A stretch of 64,000 bases of DNA, from the NCBI GenBank assembly GCA_902600475.1, contig CACKJM010000003.1, positions 24,034 through 88,033 on the forward strand, read 5' to 3'. Origin of the DNA: an uncultured Prochlorococcus sp. (GTDB taxonomy: Bacteria > Cyanobacteriota > Cyanobacteriia > PCC-6307 > Cyanobiaceae). The notes under the pieces are model-generated. The model saw only the letters and a list, made by a program, of their open reading frames with translations. It was not told the origin of the DNA and searched no databases. Positions 29,695 through 39,216 of this stretch are shown one piece after another. The position numbers were made by a program, and so were the translations under genes. The number at the start of each line of letters is the position of its first letter. The first letter of the stretch is position 1.

Positions 29695-31098
29695 GTGAAA
29701 TTCACAAGTAAAGTTTACAGGTTAAAAGATGCTTACAGAAAACTATCTGTCCCTCAATTTACTATCGTTACAGGATTGGTTATTATTTTCTTTGGAACTT
29801 TAATTTTAAGTTCCCCTTTATGTTCATCTTCAAAGGTTGGTTTGTGGGAGGCATTTTTTACATCCACCTCTGCCATAACAGTTACTGGCTTGACCATAAT
29901 AGATATTGGTGTTGATTTGAATTTCTTTGGCCAAGTTTTCTTGGCTTTTATGCTTTTATCAGGTGGTCTTGGATTAATGGCTATTACCACATTTCTACAA
30001 GGTTTCGTTGTAAAGGGGACAAAGCTAAGAACTAGATTAGATAAAGGAAAAACTCTTGATGAATTCGGAGTTGGAGGCATTGGTCGAACTTTTCAAAGCA
30101 TTGCTATAACTGCAACTTGTATCATATCCTTTGGTGCAATTGTCTTATATTCTTTTGGATTTGTAGATATTCAAAATAATTGGGAAAGACTTTGGTCCTC
30201 GATTTTTCACAGTATATCTGCATATAACAATGCGGGTTTTTCATTATGGTCAAATAGTCTTCAAGACTACAGAACAAATGTTTTGGTTAATACTGTGTTT
30301 ATTTTCCTCATTGTCATGGGTGGACTTGGATGGCGTGTTATTGATGATATTTGGAGTAATAAAAAAAATCTTTCTTATAAAAAATTGAGCCTTCATTCCA
30401 GACTAGTTATTAGGACAAGTTTATCTCTGATACTATTTGGAACATTAGGATTCTTTATCACTGAATCATTGCTAAGTAGCCAATTTCTTAACGATTTAAA
30501 TTTGTTTGAGAGGTTATTATCATCAATCTTTGAAACAGTCAGTGCAAGAACTGCAGGCTTTACAAATTATCCGATCTCCTTAAGCTCTATATCAGATACG
30601 GGACTTTTGTTATTAATGACTCTGATGTTTATTGGTGCAAGTACTGGAGGGACTGGTGGAGGTATCAAAACTACTACATTTATTGCTTTAATGGCTGCAA
30701 CTAGATCAACCTTGAGAGGCCAGAAAGATGTAATTATTAGCAATAGATTAATTTCAGATAAAGTCATCTTAAAAGCAGTTGGTATTACAGTTGGATCTTT
30801 GCTTTTCGTCCTTTTAATGGCAATGCTGCTAAGTACAACTAATACGTTTATTAAAAAAGAATCTTTCACATTCCTTGAAATTTTGTTCACTTGCATATCT
30901 GCATTTGCAACAGTTGGTTTTGATATTGGTTTAACTGCAAAATTAAATCATTTCGGCCAATTTATTCTTATCGTTGGTATGTTTGTGGGCAGACTTGGTA
31001 TTCTTTTGCTATTAAGTGCACTTTGGCAGGCTCTTTATAAGAGTAGAATAGATAGACAAAAGAGAATTGGCTATCCTAGGGCTGATCTTTATGTGTAG
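29695..31098 (+). CDS. ktrB: K+ uptake membrane subunit KtrB/TrkH
   Basis: Four pore loops: SAITVTG, SAYNNAGF, ARTAGF, SAFATVG. Confidence 0.93.
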   Translation: MKFTSKVYRLKDAYRKLSVPQFTIVTGLVIIFFGTLILSSPLCSSSKVGLWEAFFTSTSAITVTGLTIIDIGVDLNFFGQVFLAFMLLSGGLGLMAITTFLQGFVVKGTKLRTRLDKGKTLDEFGVGGIGRTFQSIAITATCIISFGAIVLYSFGFVDIQNNWERLWSSIFHSISAYNNAGFSLWSNSLQDYRTNVLVNTVFIFLIVMGGLGWRVIDDIWSNKKNLSYKKLSLHSRLVIRTSLSLILFGTLGFFITESLLSSQFLNDLNLFERLLSSIFETVSARTAGFTNYPISLSSISDTGLLLLMTLMFIGASTGGTGGGIKTTTFIALMAATRSTLRGQKDVIISNRLISDKVILKAVGITVGSLLFVLLMAMLLSTTNTFIKKESFTFLEILFTCISAFATVGFDIGLTAKLNHFGQFILIVGMFVGRLGILLLLSALWQALYKSRIDRQKRIGYPRADLYV

Positions 31099-31116
31099 AA
31101 TCGTCTGAGTTTTATT

Positions 31117-31821
31117 ATGGCTGATTGGTGGCAGTGGTCTCAAAAGAGAGAAAAAGAAGCTCTCACTTTTGCAGTTGTTGGTGTTGGAAGATTCGGAACC
31201 GCTGTTTGTAGAGAACTTATTAGTAATGGTGCAGATGTTTTGGCTGCAGATTATTCTGAAAAAGCTATTGATGATTTGAGGCAATTGGAACCTTCTATAG
31301 AAGCAAGAGTAGTAGACTGTACTGATGAAGAGTCTATGAAGGAATCTGGAATACTCGAAATGAACACTGTTGTTGTAGGCATCAGTGAACCTATTGAAGC
31401 AAGTATCACAACAACACTTATTGCTAAAGATAGTGAAGGTAGCAAAGTGAAAAGAGTAATAGCAAGAGCTACGAGCGATTTGCATGAAAAAATGTTAAAA
31501 AGGGTTGGTGCAGATAAAGTTGTCTTCCCCTCCAGAATGCAAGGAGAAAGATTAGGTTTAGAATTAGTTAGGCCAAATTTAATTGAAAGATTAGAACTAG
31601 ATAATCAAACTGGTATAGATGAAATAACTGTTCCGGAAGAATTTATTGGAAGATCTTTAAGAGATCTAAATTTGAGGAAAAATTATTTAGTAAATGTTCT
31701 TGCAGCAGGACCTGCTGAAGAGTTAACAGTTAATCCACCAGCAAAATATATTTTGGAAAGGGGAAATATTTTGGTAGTTATGGGAAAAACTGTAGATTTA
31801 CAAAAATTGCCTCAAAATTAA
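31117..31821 (+). CDS. ktrA: K+ uptake RCK subunit KtrA/TrkA
   Basis: GVGRFG Rossmann motif, VIARA, GADKVVFP. Confidence 0.93.
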   Translation: MADWWQWSQKREKEALTFAVVGVGRFGTAVCRELISNGADVLAADYSEKAIDDLRQLEPSIEARVVDCTDEESMKESGILEMNTVVVGISEPIEASITTTLIAKDSEGSKVKRVIARATSDLHEKMLKRVGADKVVFPSRMQGERLGLELVRPNLIERLELDNQTGIDEITVPEEFIGRSLRDLNLRKNYLVNVLAAGPAEELTVNPPAKYILERGNILVVMGKTVDLQKLPQN

Positions 31822-31826
31822 TTTTT

Positions 31827-32129
31827 TTAATCAGATTTTTTATAGTATTGAATCCTTTGAGGAGCTCTTTTTAATCTTCTGACACTTTGCTTCTCAAGTT
31901 CGTCTCTAAATTTATCAGTATTTGAATTATTTTCTGAAATAAAAGATTTAGCCTCTTTCTCGAAGTATTTTTTTATACCTTCCTGTATTAACACTTTTGC
32001 CATATTACTAACTGTTCTAGATTCGTTTTTAGCTAAAATAGTCAGCTCTTCACATATTGATTCTGGAAGAACTACTTGAATTCTTGGTGATTTAGGCTTC
32101 CCATTTGTTGAGTTTTGACGGGTAGCCAT
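31827..32129 (-). CDS. Ribbon-helix-helix (CopG-like) DNA-binding protein
   Basis: PRIQVVLP strand, ESICEELTILA helix, RTVSNMAKVLIQEG helix. Confidence 0.82.
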   Translation of the reverse strand: MATRQNSTNGKPKSPRIQVVLPESICEELTILAKNESRTVSNMAKVLIQEGIKKYFEKEAKSFISENNSNTDKFRDELEKQSVRRLKRAPQRIQYYKKSD

Positions 32130-32138
32130 GAGTCAAAG

Positions 32139-32205
32139 TTGATAACTGTTACTTATTAGTATACACAGTTAGTCAAGGATACTATCTTTGTGTATATTAT
32201 TAGTA
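32139..32205. promoter_or_regulatory. Candidate operator array in a divergent promoter
   Basis: Inverted repeats TAACTGT (32143-32149)/ACAGTTA (32165-32171) and TATACACA (32160-32167)/TGTGTATA (32189-32196); direct repeat TTATTAGTA at 32153 and 32197. Confidence 0.45.
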
Positions 32206-32247
32206 AGGAAATATATCTCCGTATCAATTAATTGTTTTTATAGCCCT

Positions 32248-32586
32248 ATGAAAAATTCAAGAAAACTTGATTCACCTAAAAGGTCGATAATTGATAAAAA
32301 GAAAAAAAGATTAGTTAATTCTGATTCTCACGATAATGAAAATAGTGATGTTTTGGTATCAGCCGTAATTAGTCCATATTTGTTAACCCATCTTCATCAT
32401 ATTCTTCAGCAGTCTGAGTATTATGCTCAAAAAGATGGTAGAAAATCTCATGCAGCTAACTTCGCGAAATTAAGAAAAGTATTATGTTTAGATGCAAGAA
32501 GTATGGCAGATGCATCAGCAAAAGAAATAAAAGATACGGATAATGATTTATCTTTTGATAAATATAATGAAAAAAATGTAGCTTGA
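32248..32586 (+). CDS. Hypothetical protein
   Basis: ATG at 32248; ordered core VLVSAVISPYLLTHLHHILQ...FAKLRKVLCLDARSM. Confidence 0.78.
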   Translation: MKNSRKLDSPKRSIIDKKKKRLVNSDSHDNENSDVLVSAVISPYLLTHLHHILQQSEYYAQKDGRKSHAANFAKLRKVLCLDARSMADASAKEIKDTDNDLSFDKYNEKNVA

Positions 32587-32620
32587 AGTAATAGTCTATT
32601 AATAAATAGATTTTAAAAAC

Positions 32621-32851
32621 ATGTCCAGTAATGCCGAAAAGCTTTATAAGTTGATAGCAAATGACACCAAAAAGAAACAAAGTTTGTTTATGACAGCATT
32701 GACTAATCCCAAAAAAGCCCTAGATAAAATATGCGACATTGGCAATGAGTTGAATATTTCTGTCACTAAAGAAGAGGTTATTGATTATTTGAGCACTATT
32801 GACGATGAGGCCACTAAAATGTGGTTAATTAAGGCTCGAGGAGGTCTGTAG
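32621..32851 (+). CDS. Nif11-like leader-peptide-domain protein
   Basis: Helical pattern AEKLYKLIAND...SL...ICDIGNELNISVTKEEV resembles Nif11 leaders; ends ARGG-L-stop. Confidence 0.65.
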   Translation: MSSNAEKLYKLIANDTKKKQSLFMTALTNPKKALDKICDIGNELNISVTKEEVIDYLSTIDDEATKMWLIKARGGL

Positions 32852-33005
32852 TAGAAGGTGTCGAATAATTTTTGTTTTGATTCGTCATGGGCTTTACTCT
32901 TTTGTTGTAACCTCCCCCACCCGCTAAAGTCCAAAAAAACCAATAACTTGGAATTGCAAGAGCTGCAGCTATGAAAATTACTACAATTTGTTCTATTCGT
33001 TTCAT
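32829..33005 (-). CDS. Small single-TM protein (58 aa, not in ORF track)
   Basis: Hand translation MKRIEQIVVIFIAAALAIPSYWFFWTLAGGGGYNKRVKPMTNQNKNYSTPSTTDLLEP; locally GC-richer than the flanks. Confidence 0.7.
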   Translation of the reverse strand: MKRIEQIVVIFIAAALAIPSYWFFWTLAGGGGYNKRVKPMTNQNKNYSTPSTTDLLEP

Positions 33006-33076
33006 AATTCAATTTTATTCCACAAAATATTTTTAGTAAATATGCCGTAGATTTTGTAAATTCTATTTTAAAAACA

Positions 33077-34687
33077 GTGATTAGATTTGAAGGTGTAAGC
33101 AAAATTTATTCTACAGATGTTGTTTTAAAAAATATTAATTGGGAGATTAAGAAAGGAGAAAAAGTTGGCTTGGTTGGTTCTAATGGAGCAGGTAAATCAA
33201 CCCAATTTAAAATTTTAATTGGAGAGGAAGATCAAACAAGTGGAACGATCATTAAAGAGGGAAATCCTAAAATTGCCCATTTAAAACAGGAATTTGACTG
33301 TAACTTGGATTGTTCGGTGAGGGAGGAATTAGAAAGTTCTTTCAGAGAAATTAAAATTGTTGCCATTAAACTTTCAGAAATTGAGAAAAAAATGAAATCA
33401 TTGGATATAAAAAAACATTCTCATGAATTTGAAATATTAGTAAATCAACTCGCAAAATATCAAGCAATATTTGAAGCTTTAGGTGGCTATAAAATGCAAT
33501 CTGATGTAGAAAAAATATTGCCAAAACTAGGATTTTCTATGGAAGATGCTGATAAATTAGTTGGTAATTTTTCAGGTGGCTGGCAGATGAAAGTTGCACT
33601 TGGGAAAATTATATTACAAAAGCCTGATTTACTTTTACTTGACGAACCAACAAATCATTTAGATTTAGATACTATTTTCTGGCTGGAAGAATATTTATCG
33701 TCACTTAAGATCGCAATTATAATTATCAGTCACGATAGATATTTTTTAGACAAATTATGTAAAAAAATAATTTTTATAGATAGTGGAATATCTGAAATAT
33801 ATAATGGGAACTATTCTTTTTTTGTGGAACAAAAATCTTTAAATGAAGAATCACAAAATAAAGCATACCAATTACAACAAAAAGAAATTGAGATCCAGAG
33901 GAAGTATATAGATCGATTTAGAGCTAGTGCAACTAGAAGTTCGCAAGCCAAAAGTAGAGAAAAACAATTGAGAAGGATTTCTAAAATTGATGCTCCTAGG
34001 GCAAAATCAAAAGGCCCTACTTTTAATTTTCCGGCATGTCCTCGCTCAGGAAAATCAGTTCTGAATATCAAAAATTTATCTCATAGTTATGAAGATAAAA
34101 TTCTTTTTTTAGACGTTAATTTAAAGATTTCTTCGGGGGAGAAAATAGCACTATTAGGACCTAATGGCTGTGGGAAATCTACATTGTTTAAAATTATTAT
34201 GAAAAAGATATCTCCTGAAATTGGAGAAATTAATCTGGGTAAACATAATATAATTACTAGCTATTACGAACAGAATCAGGCTGAAGCACTTTCTCTTGAG
34301 GAAAGGGTTATTGATTTAATATGTAATAAATCTCCGGAATGGTCACAAAAAAAGGTAAGAACATTTTTAGGGGGTTTTGGCTTCCAAAATGAAACTGTTT
34401 TTAAGTATATTAAACAATTAAGTGGCGGAGAAAAGGCAAGATTAGCATTGGCTCTCATGATTATGAGTCCTAGTAATTTTCTGTTATTGGATGAGCCAAC
34501 TAATCATTTGGATTTAGAATCTAAAGAAAATTTAGAATTAGCAATTAAGAATTATAAAGGTTCATTGTTAATCATTTCTCATGATCGGTATTTTATTTCA
34601 AAAGTTGCAAATAGAATTATCGAAATTAAAGATTCAAAATTATATTCATATAATGGGAGCTACGAATATTTTTTAGAAAAAAAGTAA
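33077..34687 (+). CDS. ABC-F family ATP-binding protein
   Basis: Two ABC cassettes (GSNGAGKST/FSGGW/LDEPTNHLD and [23 protein letters not shown]), no TM segments. Confidence 0.95.
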   Translation: MIRFEGVSKIYSTDVVLKNINWEIKKGEKVGLVGSNGAGKSTQFKILIGEEDQTSGTIIKEGNPKIAHLKQEFDCNLDCSVREELESSFREIKIVAIKLSEIEKKMKSLDIKKHSHEFEILVNQLAKYQAIFEALGGYKMQSDVEKILPKLGFSMEDADKLVGNFSGGWQMKVALGKIILQKPDLLLLDEPTNHLDLDTIFWLEEYLSSLKIAIIIISHDRYFLDKLCKKIIFIDSGISEIYNGNYSFFVEQKSLNEESQNKAYQLQQKEIEIQRKYIDRFRASATRSSQAKSREKQLRRISKIDAPRAKSKGPTFNFPACPRSGKSVLNIKNLSHSYEDKILFLDVNLKISSGEKIALLGPNGCGKSTLFKIIMKKISPEIGEINLGKHNIITSYYEQNQAEALSLEERVIDLICNKSPEWSQKKVRTFLGGFGFQNETVFKYIKQLSGGEKARLALALMIMSPSNFLLLDEPTNHLDLESKENLELAIKNYKGSLLIISHDRYFISKVANRIIEIKDSKLYSYNGSYEYFLEKK

Positions 34688-34716
34688 ATAAACAAAATAA
34701 GTAATAAATAATTTAT

Positions 34717-34971
34717 ATGAAAAAGTATGGTTTTAAAGAAAAACATCTTCAAATTTCTGATCCTATTAAAAGTTACTTCGAATCCATTTCAAGTTGTGAT
34801 GTTAAAGAAGGCACTTATCTTTCTAGATTTGTAGAAAAACTTAAGGATTATGATATTCGAAAATTTTACTTATTTTGTAAATTGGTAATGTCAGTTGGTA
34901 TTACTTTTAAATTAATAAATTTATTTCTTCGCTTTAATAATATGTTTATTTTTTTATTAATACCATTTTGA
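34717..34971 (+). pseudogene. Small ORF, possibly a degenerate Cys-motif miniprotein reading through into htrA
   Basis: ATG start, DPIKSYFESISSCDVKEGTYLSRFVE; the last ~35 codons overlap the htrA 3' end antisense. Confidence 0.35.
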
Positions 34972-36029
34972 CTTATTTGGTTTATGACGTCTGAACTTGT
35001 TTCAATGTCTTTATTACCCACTTTTATGATTATGTCATTTTTCATAATCCCACTTTTTGCAGCTGGACTATCCGGAACTACGTATCCAACAATTACTTCA
35101 TTAAAATTTCTTTCTGATTTACTTTTTTCTATTAGGCTTATCCCTATCATAGGATGGATTACTTTCCCATTATTTACTAGTTGATAAATAATTTCTTTGG
35201 CCCTATTTATTGGGATAGCGAAACTTAAACCCGCTCCTGGTCCTGATCTTATTAAGGTATTAATACCGATTACTTCTCCACTGCTATTCAATAGTGGACC
35301 GCCAGAATTTCCAGGATTAATAGCAGCGTCTGTTTGAATAAGTTCAAGTTTTTTATCATATATACCTAATTGAGCGACATTTCTTTTTAGGTTACTAATT
35401 ATTCCAAGAGTAACTGTATTTTCAAGTCCGAATGGATTTCCAACTGCGATTGCCCAATCACCAACTTTAACTTTTGTAGAATCCCCTAATTTTGCTTTTG
35501 GCCAAGGTCCTTTCCCTTCAATTTTAAGAACAGCTAAATCAGTAAAAAAGTCTTGTCCTATAAGTTGTCCTTTTAACTTTTTACCGTTGGTTAAACCAAC
35601 AATTACCTTATCAGATCCGTTTACAACATGAGCATTAGTAATAACCAGTCCGTCGGCGAAAATAAAGCCACTCCCTTGGCTTTGTTCTATTCTTGGCTCA
35701 TTTTCTTTAGGAAAATCTAATCCAAAAAATCTTTCAAAATACGGGTCTAGAAATATTTGAGAATTATTTGGAAATTTTCTCTTTTTTACAAATTTTTGAG
35801 TTTCAATTGTTACTACAGAAGGGCCAGTTTTTTCGACAGCTTTAGTAATGAAAGATTTGTTTGAATATTCTCCATTTAATTCATTAAATCTAGGGTTTAT
35901 TAATGGCCCACATATTACGTAAGATCCGGATGCAATACTCAATGAAATAACTGAAGAAACTATTAATTTCTTGTGGATGTAGTTTTTAAATTTTGATTTT
36001 CTTATGTTCTTCAAATACATTTGATACAC
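34866..36029 (-). CDS. HtrA/Deg serine protease with PDZ domain
   Basis: GSGFI, TNAHVV, DLAVLK, TDAAINPGNSGGPL, C-terminal PDZ. Start uncertain. Confidence 0.95.
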   Translation of the reverse strand: MYQMYLKNIRKSKFKNYIHKKLIVSSVISLSIASGSYVICGPLINPRFNELNGEYSNKSFITKAVEKTGPSVVTIETQKFVKKRKFPNNSQIFLDPYFERFFGLDFPKENEPRIEQSQGSGFIFADGLVITNAHVVNGSDKVIVGLTNGKKLKGQLIGQDFFTDLAVLKIEGKGPWPKAKLGDSTKVKVGDWAIAVGNPFGLENTVTLGIISNLKRNVAQLGIYDKKLELIQTDAAINPGNSGGPLLNSSGEVIGINTLIRSGPGAGLSFAIPINRAKEIIYQLVNNGKVIHPMIGISLIEKSKSERNFNEVIVGYVVPDSPAAKSGIMKNDIIIKVGNKDIETSSDVINQISQNGINKKINILLKRRNKFINLKVIPTDITNLQNK

Positions 36030-36164
36030 AATATTTGTGTAATTCCACTATAACCACTTTAAAAAATTTATTTATTTATGGAGGAATTTATTTATTTAAA
36101 ATGGCTAATTTTCTTTTTTTCGAGTTATCATAAATATCATAGATCTTATTAGTAAATAAATTAA

Positions 36165-36425
36165 ATGACATTCCTTTTTCCTATTATATATTCAGCAGCC
36201 TTAACATATCTAGTTTGGAAAGCTTTTAAAGTCATGTCCAATGGCTGGAGTATTTCTGGTAAAGAAAACACACTTTACAAATCAAATTTAAAGCAAAAAA
36301 AATACACGATTCATCCCGAACTTCTTGATAAATCAGGAAATATAACAGAAGAGGAATTATTAACAGTAAGATTTTCAAATGATAATGACTCTTCTCTCGA
36401 AGAAAAGGGTTCTACAACTGACTGA
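36165..36425 (+). CDS. DUF2973-like membrane-anchored protein
   Basis: N-terminal TM, AFKVM, HPELLDKSGNITEEELLTVRF. Confidence 0.8.
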   Translation: MTFLFPIIYSAALTYLVWKAFKVMSNGWSISGKENTLYKSNLKQKKYTIHPELLDKSGNITEEELLTVRFSNDNDSSLEEKGSTTD

Positions 36426-36459
36426 TTTATCAGTTATTTTAAAATTTAGGGTAAAAACA

Positions 36460-36843
36460 TTGGAATTAAGAACAAAAATTGTCTCAGCTGTAATAAGGTC
36501 TCTTAAGTTGCCCCCAAGGTTCCGCTTGAAAATGGTAAAAGAAGATCCTGTTAGGCTAGAACTCAGTCTTACTCCTTCTTATGGAAAAAATCCTATTATC
36601 GTAGGTTTAGTTGAATCCTTAGACTTAGTTGCTCGTAGAGATAGAGAGGGAAGAATACCAAGAGATCTAAAGGGGACTTGGGATTGGACAGTAAGACATG
36701 GGAAAGTTAGCACTGGAGGATGGAACCCTTTGTTAAAGGAAGCTCTACAAACAATGTTTGATACAGGTTTGCCAGCAATCATATATGAGGAATCAACTGG
36801 TGATGAGTATCGACCTGTCGATGGTGTTAGACATGTTAAATAA
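36460..36843 (+). CDS. Conserved cyanobacterial hypothetical protein
   Basis: TTG at 36460 avoids overlap with the upstream gene; motif WDWTVRHGKVSTGGWNP. Confidence 0.8.
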   Translation: MELRTKIVSAVIRSLKLPPRFRLKMVKEDPVRLELSLTPSYGKNPIIVGLVESLDLVARRDREGRIPRDLKGTWDWTVRHGKVSTGGWNPLLKEALQTMFDTGLPAIIYEESTGDEYRPVDGVRHVK

Positions 36844-36911
36844 TTAATTTATTATTTATCATAAATTCTTCCTAGAAACGTTAAAATAAAATATTAATAT
36901 AGTAGTTAATT

Positions 36912-37058
36912 ATGAACGATGAAAATCAACAAAGATTTGGCTTTGTTAATTTTGCTGAAACCTGGAATGGTCGTATGGCAATGATGGGTATTCTGATTGG
37001 TTTGGGCACCGAATTAATTACTGGGCAAAGTATTCTTCGCCAAATTGGTATAGGCTAA
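36912..37058 (+). CDS. hli: High-light-inducible protein (48 aa, not in ORF track)
   Basis: Hand translation MNDENQQRFGFVNFAETWNGRMAMMGILIGLGTELITGQSILRQIGIG; ExxNGRxAM and TGQ motifs. Confidence 0.95.
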   Translation: MNDENQQRFGFVNFAETWNGRMAMMGILIGLGTELITGQSILRQIGIG

Positions 37059-37062
37059 ATTT

Positions 37063-37404
37063 TTATTTTATTTCTTCTGCCTTTACTTCGATGGTGCTCT
37101 CACCAGGTTTTGTTTCTAACTTATTTTTATTGTTTATATCTTCTAAGTTTATCCCACAATTTATGCAGGTTTCACTTAAACCTATTGAAATTGCCCCACA
37201 GTTGTTACATCTAGAAATTTTTGACTTATAAAAATTAAAACCTAAAAATACTAGAATCAACAAAAAAAGGGGAATCAGGAACAAAAGTAAAAGAATATTT
37301 CCTAAAAAACCTATAAAAAAGTTAATTCCAAAAATAGGAATAATCATTAAAATTACAAACGTATAAATAATTAAATTTTTATTAGCTTTGAGAAAAAAAT
37401 TCAT
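37063..37404 (-). CDS. Membrane protein with CxxC-x10-CxxC zinc ribbon
   Basis: Two TM helices, CNNC...CINC, terminal TIEVKAEE. Confidence 0.8.
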   Translation of the reverse strand: MNFFLKANKNLIIYTFVILMIIPIFGINFFIGFLGNILLLLFLIPLFLLILVFLGFNFYKSKISRCNNCGAISIGLSETCINCGINLEDINNKNKLETKPGESTIEVKAEEIK

Positions 37405-37412
37405 ATTATTTT

Positions 37413-38327
37413 TTACCTTTTTTTTCTTTTTTTATTTACTAAAGTCATGCTAGCAATAACCACACTCCAACACTGTCCAAAATATAAAATTACTCCTAGT
37501 AACCAGACCCACAAAGTAAGTACAAGAAAACCTCCAATAAAACCATATGCCTGAAATCTTGCACCAAGTGAGAGAATACTTTTACTTACCGCTAGGTTTA
37601 AAGTAGTTAAACCAATCCCTATAAGAAGAGATCCAGGCAATAGAGGTCTCAAAGGAACTTTTCTACTAGGTAAAAGAGCTTGCAATAAAAGGGCCATTAA
37701 AGAAAAGCCAAATAGTGGGATTGCAAATTGACCAACTTGTAGTAGCGGCAACTTTAGTAATAAGTCAGATATTAAATTGTTTGATTTTGAAAGATTTTCT
37801 AAAACGTTACTTGGTATCATCCTTAAATTGACACTAATCTGATCCAATACCATTAAAAAACCTATGAAGAACACTATTAAGAAAGCTTCAACTCTATTTC
37901 TCAGAAACCTCGAGGCTTGCTCTCTCCAGGCAGAGTTAATTTTTTTTGAAGGAAGTTCGTCCTCCCATAATCTGTCTGCTCCTCTTTGAAGAGATAAATA
38001 TGCATTTCCTGCTGTAAAAAGCAAAAACATAGCCCCTAGAATACCTGCACCAAAACCTTGATCAATTAATTTAAACAATGTTGTTTTTACTAAGTCAACT
38101 ACTGAGGGAGGCAAAACTTGGGCCGCAATAGCAATTATTTCTTGATCTAAACCATCTTGTTTGCCTAGGAACCATGATGCTATTGAAAGAGAAATTAAAA
38201 GAATAGGAAAAAATGATTGTAGTGTGTAATAGGCAAATGCAGCACTTAGATCAATGCAATCAGATTTAGTCCATCTTTCACATGCACCCCACAAACTTTT
38301 CAGTATCCAGGTTGAACTGCGCTGCAT
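37413..38327 (-). CDS. YihY/BrkB family inner-membrane protein
   Basis: LSAAFAYYTLQSFFP, AYGFIGGFLVLTLWVW. Confidence 0.9.
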   Translation of the reverse strand: MQRSSTWILKSLWGACERWTKSDCIDLSAAFAYYTLQSFFPILLISLSIASWFLGKQDGLDQEIIAIAAQVLPPSVVDLVKTTLFKLIDQGFGAGILGAMFLLFTAGNAYLSLQRGADRLWEDELPSKKINSAWREQASRFLRNRVEAFLIVFFIGFLMVLDQISVNLRMIPSNVLENLSKSNNLISDLLLKLPLLQVGQFAIPLFGFSLMALLLQALLPSRKVPLRPLLPGSLLIGIGLTTLNLAVSKSILSLGARFQAYGFIGGFLVLTLWVWLLGVILYFGQCWSVVIASMTLVNKKRKKR

Positions 38328-38413
38328 ATTAATTTTCTTCAAATATTTATTTATTTATTTTTTATTCTATCTGATTAAGAAATTTTTCAAGCAATTATTG
38401 ATTTATGATGCAA

Positions 38414-39214
38414 CTATTTTTCTAATAATAAGTTGCCCCATGGCTTTAAAATTTCAACTTTCTCTATAGATCTACAAGCAATTAATGGGAAATTAACATC
38501 ACTCATATTTTCTCCTGAAATTAAATTTAAAGGATCTGTTTCTAACCACTCTATAGAACAATTGAGTTCTTCTAATAGTAGCCAAGCTGCTGCTATATCC
38601 CATATCTTGGGGGTTGATTCTATTGCTCCGAAAGTTTGCCCCATCGCTACGCTAATTAGATTTAAACTCGACACACCTAAGAGTCTGATTTTGCCAGGAA
38701 AAATTGAGTTTGGTTTTTTTTGTAAAATTTTTATAGATCTACTACATAAAGAAATGCATTCACTTTGATGATTATTTAGGTTAGAGTCTACTTTTTGGTT
38801 ATTTAACCAAACTCCTTTTCCCTTAATGGATACAAACTTTTTTTTCAAAGTGGGAATTATTAAAAAAGAAGATTGCGGTTTACCATCAACGAATCTTGCC
38901 ACTGATATAGACCAGTAAGGAATACCCGCAGCAAAATTTGTTGTCCCATCGAGTGGATCGACCACCCAATAAGCTTTTGAGTTTGGAATTAATTTTTGCC
39001 CTTCTTCACTAAGGACACCTTCACCTGGAGCTATTGAAGCTAAGCCATCTACGATTGTTTTGTCACTCCACAAATCACAACTTGTCAATAATGATCCATC
39101 TGCTTTATTACTGGTGCTAATATTTCCAAAATCTTTTTTTTGTCGTTGACTAACTAATTCAAATAAAGAATCTAATTCACTTAGTTGCTTATTAGTTAAA
39201 TTTGATGGATTCAT
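38414..39214 (-). CDS. Inositol monophosphatase family protein
   Basis: SEE, WVVDPLDGTTNFAAG, WDIAAA. Confidence 0.93.
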   Translation of the reverse strand: MNPSNLTNKQLSELDSLFELVSQRQKKDFGNISTSNKADGSLLTSCDLWSDKTIVDGLASIAPGEGVLSEEGQKLIPNSKAYWVVDPLDGTTNFAAGIPYWSISVARFVDGKPQSSFLIIPTLKKKFVSIKGKGVWLNNQKVDSNLNNHQSECISLCSRSIKILQKKPNSIFPGKIRLLGVSSLNLISVAMGQTFGAIESTPKIWDIAAAWLLLEELNCSIEWLETDPLNLISGENMSDVNFPLIACRSIEKVEILKPWGNLLLEK

Positions 39215-39216
39215 AT

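Noticed and set aside
31827-32586. Toxin-antitoxin pair (RHH plus small ORF)
   Set aside because: The genes are divergent rather than co-transcribed, and I see no RelE/ParE/PIN/MazF features in the partner.
32785-33102. 105-aa minus-strand ORF in the track
   Set aside because: It overlaps genes at both ends; a different minus frame (33005-32829) gives a more plausible ATG-initiated TM protein.
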